Below are positions 40,419-46,573 of a stretch of 46,573 nucleotides of DNA, in pieces. How positions within the stretch are numbered: the stretch's first letter is position 1; every line of letters begins with the position of its first letter. The DNA is from Oscillospiraceae bacterium (GTDB lineage Bacteria > Bacillota > Clostridia > Oscillospirales > UBA929): the NCBI GenBank assembly GCA_031271325.1, contig JAISVY010000166.1, positions 1 through 46,573 on the forward strand. The letters run 5' to 3'. The notes under the pieces are model-generated. The model was given only the letters and a program-made list of their open reading frames with translations, did not search any database and was not told the DNA's origin. The translations under genes were made by a program, and so were the position numbers.

Positions 40419-40728
40419 GCCGCTCCTTCTTGTTCCCGATTTTTTGACTGCGCAGAGCCAGCTCATCGCGAACCGCGCTCCACGGCACGCCTTGTTGACA
40501 AAGCAGCACCAGCAGATGGTAAATCACGTCGGAGACTTCGCCGATCAGCGGCGCAGGGTCTCCGTTTTTCGCGGCAATGATCGTCTCGGCGCACTCCTCG
40601 CCCACCTTTTTGCAGATCTTGTCCAGCCCTTGCTCAAAGAGATAGTTGGTATACGAACCGGGCATCGGTTCGTTCTTACGGCTATCTATCGTTAGATATA
40701 GTTGTTCCAGACTGTCCAACCCTCTCAA
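40396..40728 (-). CDS. hisE: Phosphoribosyl-ATP pyrophosphatase
   Basis: [32 protein letters not shown]...[13 protein letters not shown] is the HisE (MazG-like) signature. The start is either TTG 40728 (TTGA overlap) or TTG 40719 (better spacing from GGGAGG). Confidence 0.85.
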   Translation of the reverse strand: MRGLDSLEQLYLTIDSRKNEPMPGSYTNYLFEQGLDKICKKVGEECAETIIAAKNGDPAPLIGEVSDVIYHLLVLLCQQGVPWSAVRDELALRSQKIGNKKERREVDRNT

Positions 40729-41762
40729 CCTCCCAACGGAATGTCGTTAAAATAGCAGTTGCTGCGCCCGGTATGGCAAGTCGGTCCATGCGGATTGCAG
40801 CGAATCAGCAGCGAATTGTGGTAGCAGTCGGCGGACATAGACACAACGTCTAGGAAGTTCCCCGAAGTTTCCCCCTTGACCCACAGTGTCTGGCGGGTGC
40901 GCGAGAAGAAGGTCACCCGCTTTGTTTGCAGCGTCAGGCGAAGCGATTCGGGCGACATGTAGCCCATCATCAGCACCTCGTTTGTGCTTTGGTGCTGGAT
41001 GATCGCGGGCAGCAGCGGCGCGCGGTCGAACAGCTGCCCGTAACGGGCTTCAAAGATCGCGCCGGCAAGGGGAAGGTCGCCGGTGTAGACGGCTTTCCCG
41101 GCAATGGCGGCTCCGGCTCCGAGCTGCCTCAGCGCGCGCACGTCTTCAACCGTTGTAACGCCGCCGCTCGCAACCAAAAACAGCTCCGGAACGGCTTCCC
41201 GCAGCGCTGTCAGCCGCGCGAACGACGGTCCCGCGAGCGCTCCGTCGGCGGCGATGTCGGTGTAGATGACGGTCTGCACCCCCCAAGACGCCACCTCACG
41301 CGCAAACTCCCGCTCGTCCCGCCCGGAGTCTTTTGTCCAACCGTGGGCGCGTACTCTGCCGTCCTTCGCGTCGATGCCGACGGCGATCCGCTCACCGCCG
41401 TAGCGTTTTACCGCGTCTTTTACAAAGTCCGGGCCGGTCAGCGCCGCCGAACCGATTACGAAGCGCCATACGCCGAGTTGATCCGCTTCCTCCAAATCTT
41501 CTATCCGCCGCAAACCGCCGCCCAGCTCGACTTTAGCCGGTTTCGCGGCCTGCGCAATCGCGCTGACCAGCGCGGCGTTTCTGCGCACCCCGTCTTTCGC
41601 GCCGTCGAGGTCTACGACATGGAGCACGTTTGCGCCCGCGTCCCGAAAGCTCTCCGCCACGGCGACGGGGTCGGGCGCGACGGTGTGGACAGTGCCGAAG
41701 TCTCCCCGCAGCAGGCGGACGCATTGCCCGTCTTTCAGGTCAACGGAGGGATAGAGTTCCAT
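40725..41762 (-). CDS. hisA-hisI: Fusion protein: ProFAR isomerase (HisA) N-terminal domain plus phosphoribosyl-AMP cyclohydrolase (HisI) C-terminal domain
   Basis: ATG 41762 (ATGA overlap with the hisB stop) gives MELYPSVDLKDGQCVRLLRGDF... (HisA), running to about aa 232 (..IAGKAVYTGDLPL). The HisI part follows: LLPAIIQHQSTNEVLMMGYMSPESL...TLWVKGETSGNFL...ADCYHNSLLIRCNPHGPTCHTGRSNCYF. Confidence 0.85.
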   Translation of the reverse strand: MELYPSVDLKDGQCVRLLRGDFGTVHTVAPDPVAVAESFRDAGANVLHVVDLDGAKDGVRRNAALVSAIAQAAKPAKVELGGGLRRIEDLEEADQLGVWRFVIGSAALTGPDFVKDAVKRYGGERIAVGIDAKDGRVRAHGWTKDSGRDEREFAREVASWGVQTVIYTDIAADGALAGPSFARLTALREAVPELFLVASGGVTTVEDVRALRQLGAGAAIAGKAVYTGDLPLAGAIFEARYGQLFDRAPLLPAIIQHQSTNEVLMMGYMSPESLRLTLQTKRVTFFSRTRQTLWVKGETSGNFLDVVSMSADCYHNSLLIRCNPHGPTCHTGRSNCYFNDIPLGG

Positions 41763-42322
41763 CAAAGCACCCCTTTTGTCGAAGCGACGCCGGCGGCGTC
41801 GCGGGGCGCGCAGGCATGCCGCAAGGCGACGCCGCAAGCCTTATACAGCGCTTCCGTCATGTGATGCGCGTTTTCACCGGTGACACGCAGATGAAGCGCA
41901 ACGCTGGCGTTATGGCAGAAAGCGCGGAAAAACTCTTTGCTCAGCGAGGCGTCATACCCGCCCAGCATCACGTCGGGAACCGGCGCGTCAAACTGCAGAA
42001 AAGCGCGCCCGCCAACGTCAACGGCGGCAAACCCCAGCGACTCATCCATCGGGATGCAGGCGTGCCCGAAGCGCTCGATGCCCGCCCCGCCGCCCAGGGC
42101 TTCCCGGAAGGCTTGCCCCAGAACGATGCCGACGTCCTCGACCGTATGGTGACCGTCTACGGTCAAGTCTCCCTCGGCGCGGACGTTCAACCCGAACCCC
42201 GCGTGAAAGGCAAGCGCCGTCAGCATATGGTCAAAAAATCCGATCCCCGTCTCAACATGAATCCCGCCGCCCGTGAGCGCGATCTCCACGGTTACCGACG
42301 TTTCTTTGGTGGTTCTGGTCAC
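41762..42322 (-). CDS. hisB: Imidazoleglycerol-phosphate dehydratase
   Basis: GTG 42322 lies 7 nt after AAGGAGG and gives (M)TRTTKETSVTVEIAL.... The motifs GIGFFDHML and DGHHTVEDVGIVLG are present. The ORF-track start at 42364 lies inside a repeat fragment. Confidence 0.85.
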   Translation of the reverse strand: MTRTTKETSVTVEIALTGGGIHVETGIGFFDHMLTALAFHAGFGLNVRAEGDLTVDGHHTVEDVGIVLGQAFREALGGGAGIERFGHACIPMDESLGFAAVDVGGRAFLQFDAPVPDVMLGGYDASLSKEFFRAFCHNASVALHLRVTGENAHHMTEALYKACGVALRHACAPRDAAGVASTKGVL

Positions 42323-42350
42323 ACAGACCCCTCCTTGCTTACGTATATGG

Positions 42351-42412
42351 CTGCTTACTCGCAAGCGCTCCGCTCGTTCGCCTGACGGCGAACATGAGGT
42401 TTTTAGAGCTTC
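42351..42412 (+). repeat. Family-1 element, right-half fragment (copy D) in the hisC-hisB spacer
   Basis: CTGCTTACTCGCAAGCGCTCCGCTCGTTCGCCTGACGGCGAACATGAGGTTTTTAGAGCTTCT aligns with the right halves of copies B and E. The hairpin GTTCGCC-TGAC-GGCGAAC is retained. The fragment abuts the hisC stop codon at 42413. Confidence 0.8.
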
Positions 42413-43447
42413 TTATACAAACTGCAACGCTTCCATCAGCGCGGTGATTTCGTTGCCTGTTCCGGCGGTGATACGCAGACCGCCGTTGATCAGGCGGACG
42501 GCGATGCCTTTCGCCCGCAGGGCGGCATGGCAGCCGGCGGCGTCGGGCAGATCGAGCAGGACAAAGTTCGCGGCGGTGTCGGTGACGGTGACACCGTCCC
42601 GGAACCGTGCCCATTCGCTGAGGCGGGCGTAGAGCTTGTCTTTTTGGGCGCGGATGCGGTTTGTGTTCTTTAGAAGCAACTCCGGATGGCGCAGCACCGC
42701 CGCGCCGATCGCCTGCGTGACCGAGCTGACGTTGTACGGCGACTTCACCGAGCGCAGAATGTCCGCCAGCTCCGCTCCGGCGAACACGAACCCCAGCCGG
42801 ATTCCCGCGAGCGCCAAATTTTTGGAACAGGTCTTTAAGACGATCAGGTTGTTATAACGTTCGATATAGGGAAGAACGGAGGACTCCTCCCAGAAATCCA
42901 TGTAGGCTTCGTCCAGCAGGACGGGGCATGTGAGCGTTTCCACCATTTGCACAACCTGCGGCAATGGCAGAACCTGCCCGGTCGGGTTGCACGGATTGGA
43001 GAGGATGACCGCGTCCGCGCCGCGCCCGGCCTGTATCAGTTCTTCTGCGCCGGGAACGCCCGGCGTGCGGGGTACGCCGACACATTCGATTTCGTACAGC
43101 GCGGCGTAAAACCGGTACATCGAAAAGTCCGGGTCGCAAACCAGCAGTTTGCCCCCGCGCGGCAGCAACGCGCTCAGCGCGACGGAGATCAGTTCGTCGG
43201 AACCGTTGCCCGCGACGGCGCTTCCCTCCGGCGCGTCCCAAAACGCCTCGGCCAGAGCGCATACCTCCGCCGCCGCCGGGTCGGGGTAACGGTGCAGCGG
43301 CGTATTGCGCACAACCTCCGCGATTTCGTTCATCAGCTTGTCCGGCAGAGGGTAGCAGCTCTCATTGCCGTCCAGCCGGACAGGGATGGTTTCCGTCATC
43401 GGGGGGTACGGCTTGAAGTCTTTCAGCTTTTCCGGCAGATTCATCAT
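42413..43447 (-). CDS. hisC: Histidinol-phosphate aminotransferase
   Basis: 344 aa with a class-II aminotransferase pattern (YPDP, NGSDELI, NPCNPTG, LKTCSKNLALAGIRLGF with the PLP lysine) in a his operon context. Confidence 0.9.
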   Translation of the reverse strand: MMNLPEKLKDFKPYPPMTETIPVRLDGNESCYPLPDKLMNEIAEVVRNTPLHRYPDPAAAEVCALAEAFWDAPEGSAVAGNGSDELISVALSALLPRGGKLLVCDPDFSMYRFYAALYEIECVGVPRTPGVPGAEELIQAGRGADAVILSNPCNPTGQVLPLPQVVQMVETLTCPVLLDEAYMDFWEESSVLPYIERYNNLIVLKTCSKNLALAGIRLGFVFAGAELADILRSVKSPYNVSSVTQAIGAAVLRHPELLLKNTNRIRAQKDKLYARLSEWARFRDGVTVTDTAANFVLLDLPDAAGCHAALRAKGIAVRLINGGLRITAGTGNEITALMEALQFV

Positions 43448-44715
43448 TCGCGCACCTCCGCGCTTCTCGCGTGACCCTCCAGCCCTTCGGCGCGGGCAAG
43501 GCGGGCTATGCTCTCTTTGACCGGCAGGAACGCGTCTTTGCTGTATTGAATCACGCTGACGCGCTTGAGAAACGTTTCGACCGAAACGGCGGAGAAGTAC
43601 CGCGAACCGCCCTCGGTGGGCAGCACGTGGCTGGGTCCCGCCCAGTAGTCGCCCAACGCCTCGGGGGAATACCGCCCCAGAAATACCGCGCCCGCGTTTT
43701 GTACGCCGTCCAGCCAGCGTTCCGGATTCTCCGCAAGGATCTCCAAATGCTCCGGCGCGACGCGGTTCACCACGGCCAGCGCCTCCTCCTTAGAGGAAGC
43801 GACGACCGCCGCGCCGTAACTCCGCAGGGCGGCTTCGGCCTCGGCACGGCGGGGAAGGGCGGCGATCTGCCGCGTAATCTCCGCGCATACCGCTTGCGCG
43901 AGGGCTTCGCCGGTCGTCACGAGCACCGCGCCGGAACGCGCTCCGTGTTCGGCCTGGCTGAGCAGGTCGGCCGCCACCCAAACGGGGTTCGCCGAGCCGT
44001 CGGCCAGCACCAGAATGTCACTCGGTCCCGCCGTGGAGTCAATGCCGCAAAACCCGAACAGCTGGCGCTTGGCTTCGGTGACGAAGGCGTTGCCCGGTCC
44101 CGCGACGACATCGCACCGGGGAATCATCCCGAGCCCCAGCGCCATAGAGGCGACGGCGGCAACACCGTTCAGCGAGAAGACGCGCCCGACCCCGGCGACG
44201 GCGGCGGCGGCCAGAACCTCCGGCTTGAGCTGCCCGCCCGGCGGCGTACAGAGGATAACCTCCTTCACGCCGGCGGCACGGGCCGGGATCGCCGTCATCA
44301 GCACGGTGGACGGATAGGCGGACGTGCCGCCGGGTATGTACAGCCCCGCACGTTCCGCCGGGCGGATGGCAAAGCCGACCGTCCCGCCGTCGGGGTTTGT
44401 CCACTGCCCGCCTTGGGGCAGCAATTTCGTTTGGTAGTCCTCGATGTTCCTTGCGGCGCGGCGCAGATTCTCCAGCAGCACGGGGTCACTCTCCGACAGC
44501 GCGGCGTCCAGCTCGGCGCGGGGGATTTCGCGCGGCAGCGCGCCGTCGCGCTCAAGCGACAACTCGTTCACGGCTTCAACCCCGCGCCCGAAGATGCCGT
44601 CTAAATGGGTGCGTACCTCGGCGCGCACCTCGGCGGCGTCCTGCCGCGCCCTTTGCCCGATGGCGGCGAACAGGGTTTCCATTTCGGCGGAGTTCGCCTT
44701 AACAATCGGAAGCAT
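43444..44715 (-). CDS. hisD: Histidinol dehydrogenase
   Basis: 423 aa. The segments AGPSDILVLAD, LSQAEHG and APEHLEI are typical of HisD. ATG 44715 lies 9 nt after AGGAGG. Confidence 0.9.
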   Translation of the reverse strand: MLPIVKANSAEMETLFAAIGQRARQDAAEVRAEVRTHLDGIFGRGVEAVNELSLERDGALPREIPRAELDAALSESDPVLLENLRRAARNIEDYQTKLLPQGGQWTNPDGGTVGFAIRPAERAGLYIPGGTSAYPSTVLMTAIPARAAGVKEVILCTPPGGQLKPEVLAAAAVAGVGRVFSLNGVAAVASMALGLGMIPRCDVVAGPGNAFVTEAKRQLFGFCGIDSTAGPSDILVLADGSANPVWVAADLLSQAEHGARSGAVLVTTGEALAQAVCAEITRQIAALPRRAEAEAALRSYGAAVVASSKEEALAVVNRVAPEHLEILAENPERWLDGVQNAGAVFLGRYSPEALGDYWAGPSHVLPTEGGSRYFSAVSVETFLKRVSVIQYSKDAFLPVKESIARLARAEGLEGHARSAEVRE

Positions 44716-45364
44716 CGGCCATGACCTCCTTTAAGTCTTTGATCAATAGGTCGATTTCTGCCCGCCGCAGCTTGTATGCCGCCACATTGACAATCAGCCG
44801 CGCCGACAGCGGGTACAGCTCCCGCAGTATCACAAGCCCGTTTTCGCGCAGTGTGTCGCCCGATTCCACAATATCCACGATCGCGTCGGCCAAACCAAGC
44901 AGCGGCGCGAGTTCGCAGGAACCTTCTATACGGATGATTTCGGCGTCGATTCCCAGCGCGGCCAGCGCGCGGCGGGCAATCGCCGGGAATTTGGTCGCGA
45001 CGCGCCTGTGTTCCGCCCCCTCGAAAAAGGCGGAGCCTTCCGGCGCGGCCAGCGCGAACCGGCATACGCCCAGCTTCAAGTCCAGCAGCTCGTAAAACGG
45101 ACCGCCCTGTTCCATGATGGTATCCTTACCCGCGACGGCGATGTCGCAAACCCCTCGCGAGAGGTAGGTGATCACGTCCGGCGCTTTGGCAAGCACCGCT
45201 TCCAGCGGCACGCGTTCCGGGTGCGGCAGGGTATGCACAAGCCGCCGCCCGGGCGCTTCGAGCGCCGCGCAATCATACCCGGCGCGCGTCAGCAGCGCCC
45301 GGCACTGTTTTTCCAGCCGCCCTTTGGCAAGGGCGAAGCGTAACGGCGTGTTCAAAATTTTCAC
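44699..45364 (-). CDS. hisG: ATP phosphoribosyltransferase, short (HisZ-dependent) form
   Basis: 221 aa: LRFALAKGRLEKQ..., DVITYLSRGVCDIAVAGKDT, VATKFPAIARR, GSCELAPLLGLADAIVDIVESGDTLRENGL. GTG 45364 overlaps the hisZ stop. Confidence 0.9.
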   Translation of the reverse strand: MKILNTPLRFALAKGRLEKQCRALLTRAGYDCAALEAPGRRLVHTLPHPERVPLEAVLAKAPDVITYLSRGVCDIAVAGKDTIMEQGGPFYELLDLKLGVCRFALAAPEGSAFFEGAEHRRVATKFPAIARRALAALGIDAEIIRIEGSCELAPLLGLADAIVDIVESGDTLRENGLVILRELYPLSARLIVNVAAYKLRRAEIDLLIKDLKEVMADASDC

Positions 45365-46263
45365 TCCATATGCACCGCGAAGCCGACGGCCGGGGCGGGG
45401 CGTCCGAGCAGTCCCAGCAGGGTGTCGTACCGCCCGCCGGTCAGCACGGCACCGGCCGCGCCGCCGACATAACCGCGGAAAAAAATGCCTGTGTAATACC
45501 CGATGGCGGGCGCGAGACCGAAATCCACCGTCGCAAGCCCCGGCGGGAGCGCGCCGAGCAGCGCCCGCAGTTCGCCGAGCGGCTTCGCGAGCGGCAGGCG
45601 CACCGTCCTCTCCGCTTCATCGACCGCTTCGGCTCCGCCCGACAGGCGCAGCAGCGCCAAAAGTTCGCGCGCCTCCGGCAGTTCGTCGCCCAGCGCGGAG
45701 AAATTTTTACGCTCAATCAGCGACAGGATATATTCCGCCCGTTCGCTGTCCAACCCTAAAGCGCCGAACATCGCTTGCAGGATCCCGGCATGGTTGACCT
45801 CTATATGCGGCTCCCTTTGGAAGGCGAGCGATACCGCGTCGCGCGCCAGCAGCAGAACCTCGGCGTCCTCCGCCGCGCCGATGACCTCCACCCCAGCCTG
45901 CGGCAGTTCCGCGCAACCGCCGCCGGAAGCGCGGAAAACCGGCTGCGTATACCAGAGCTTGATCGGCGCGGTTTCGTTTTGCAGACGCGCCGCGGCGAGA
46001 CGGGCAATCGGGGCGGTGTTGTCGGGGCGCAGGACGCAAATCCGCCCCGCGCGGTCGATAACCTTGACCATTGTTTCCTCGGAGAAGGGCGAACCGGTGC
46101 GGGTGAACAGCTCGTAGTGCTCCAGCACGGGTGTGGAAACCTCGCGGAACCCTTTGCTCTCGAATAAGCCGCCCAGCTCTTTCTCACGGCTCCGCCGCTG
46201 GGCGCATTCGCCGAACAGCCGGTCGCGCATCCCTTCCGGCACACGGATCATCGTCTCGCGCAC
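45361..46263 (-). CDS. hisZ: ATP phosphoribosyltransferase regulatory subunit (HisRS-like)
   Basis: The sequence P(E/D)GMRDRLF...FESKGFREVSTPVLEHYELF...YTQPVFR...GYYTGIFFRGY resembles the HisRS catalytic core without an anticodon domain. It lies directly upstream of short hisG. GTG 46263 follows GAAGGGGGG; ATG 46251 is an alternative. Confidence 0.85.
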   Translation of the reverse strand: MRETMIRVPEGMRDRLFGECAQRRSREKELGGLFESKGFREVSTPVLEHYELFTRTGSPFSEETMVKVIDRAGRICVLRPDNTAPIARLAAARLQNETAPIKLWYTQPVFRASGGGCAELPQAGVEVIGAAEDAEVLLLARDAVSLAFQREPHIEVNHAGILQAMFGALGLDSERAEYILSLIERKNFSALGDELPEARELLALLRLSGGAEAVDEAERTVRLPLAKPLGELRALLGALPPGLATVDFGLAPAIGYYTGIFFRGYVGGAAGAVLTGGRYDTLLGLLGRPAPAVGFAVHME

Positions 46264-46295
46264 ACCCCGCGCCCCCCTTCAACATTGACAGTAGT

Positions 46296-46405
46296 GTCAC
46301 TCTAAAAACTTCCCGCTCCGGCTTGCGACACCTCGCCAGAGGCGACTGCTCGCAAGCGCTGCGCTCGTTCGCCTGGCGGCGAACATGAGGTTTTTAGAGC
46401 TTCTC
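46296..46405 (+). repeat. Family-1 interspersed palindromic element, copy E (inside the his operon leader)
   Basis: GTCACTCTAAAAACTTC ... GAGGTTTTTAGAGCTTCTC with the same two-hairpin interior as copy B. It ends 32 nt upstream of the hisZ start. Confidence 0.85.
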
Positions 46406-46413
46406 GTTTTCCT

Positions 46414-46442
46414 ATTTTACATGGAAAATAGAGATTTGTCAA
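46414..46442 (-). promoter_or_regulatory. Consensus-like sigma-A promoter of the his operon
   Basis: Minus strand: TTGACA (46442-46437), 17 nt, TAAAAT (46419-46414). The predicted start near 46407 is within about 2 nt of the edge of repeat copy E. The spacer contains the inverted repeat CTATTTT-N6-AAAATAG. Confidence 0.6.
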
Positions 46443-46521
46443 ATTCGGGCGCGACCGGGGACACGCCAAACAAACATCGAAATGTCCAGCGAAAAAATAT
46501 GTGGATTTTTCGGACGGTCTA

Positions 46522-46530
46522 TGCTACAAT
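46522..46530 (+). promoter_or_regulatory. Extended -10 element facing out of the window
   Basis: TGCTACAAT (TGn + TACAAT) in an AT-rich stretch. The downstream gene is not in the window. Confidence 0.3.
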
Positions 46531-46573
46531 AGATGTGCTTTATTGTTTTTTCTGCTAAGGACGAAAAAAGCGG

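Noticed and set aside
45361-46263. HisZ (300 aa) as a truncated gene or pseudogene.
   Set aside because: Short HisZ proteins of about 275-330 aa that lack the anticodon-binding domain are normal, for example in Thermotoga and Lactococcus. The ORF is intact and overlaps the hisG start (GTGA overlap).
1-46405. The GTTTTTAGAGC ends of the family-1 element resemble type II CRISPR repeats (GTTTTAGAGC...). I considered a degenerate CRISPR array or a tracrRNA-like gene.
   Set aside because: The motif occurs only as the two inverted closing arms of ~110-bp palindromic units. Those units lie kilobases apart, with no regularly spaced direct repeats or spacers and no cas genes in the window.
1-46573. 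Hallmarks of a defence island, prophage or integrative element: integrase, recombinase, nucleases, helicases, reverse transcriptase, toxin-antitoxin pairs and tRNA attachment sites.
   Set aside because: None of the credible CDSs has such motifs, and no tRNA gene is present. Apart from ordinary AT-rich promoter regions, I saw no obvious compositional break at the borders of the transport operon.

Overview
A visibly GC-rich chromosomal window of 46.6 kb. It reads like a Gram-positive anaerobe of the Clostridia / Oscillospiraceae type: lipobox lipoproteins, an SLH-domain protein, GGAGG-type RBSs, HisZ plus short-form HisG, and many ATGA/GTGA stop-start overlaps. The taxonomy is inference only. 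All calls come from reading the ORF track, protein motifs and the DNA itself; no searches were run. I count about 42 credible CDSs. I found no rRNA or tRNA genes, no CRISPR array, no integrase, transposase or phage genes, and no recognisable defence genes. Layout: (1) 169-11063 holds housekeeping genes: SLH protein, isocitrate-DH-family enzyme, queT with a long structured leader, ECF sigma/anti-sigma, dus, AIM24-family, MATE, YihY, prmA and an M16 peptidase. (2) 11.5-29.6 kb is a transport-rich region that looks accessory. Its core is a 10-gene, roughly 14.9-kb minus-strand operon (promoter 29579-29607, terminator 14631-14669). It contains two sugar-type ABC permease pairs, a 993-aa binding protein with two CBM6/35-like modules, a second binding protein and a 597-aa lipoprotein. 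Between the permease pairs sits a tightly packed trio (two of its junctions overlap): an NHL-propeller/TPR protein, a YIP1-family membrane protein and an 862-aa anchored protein of unknown function. The operon has no ATPase, no regulator and no recognisable glycoside hydrolase. This is my best candidate for an undescribed system. (3) 29.7-32.9 kb holds an NMT1-like ABC importer plus a pyridoxal-kinase-family gene. (4) 32.9-39.5 kb holds zapA, a U32 protein, maf, mreC, mreD and PBP2, with no mreB. (5) 39.8-46.3 kb holds a family-4 UDG plus a his operon, hisZ-G-D-C-B-(A::I fusion)-E, with no hisH or hisF. Three kinds of repeat overlie these genes. One is a ~110-bp element with CTCTAAAAACC/GGTTTTTAGAG closing arms (6 copies or fragments; one forms the his leader and one sits in the hisC-hisB spacer). 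The second is a ~160-bp MITE-like element with terminal inverted repeats and flanking direct repeats (3 copies plus one solo half). The third is a degenerate ~30-bp tandem array downstream of PBP2.
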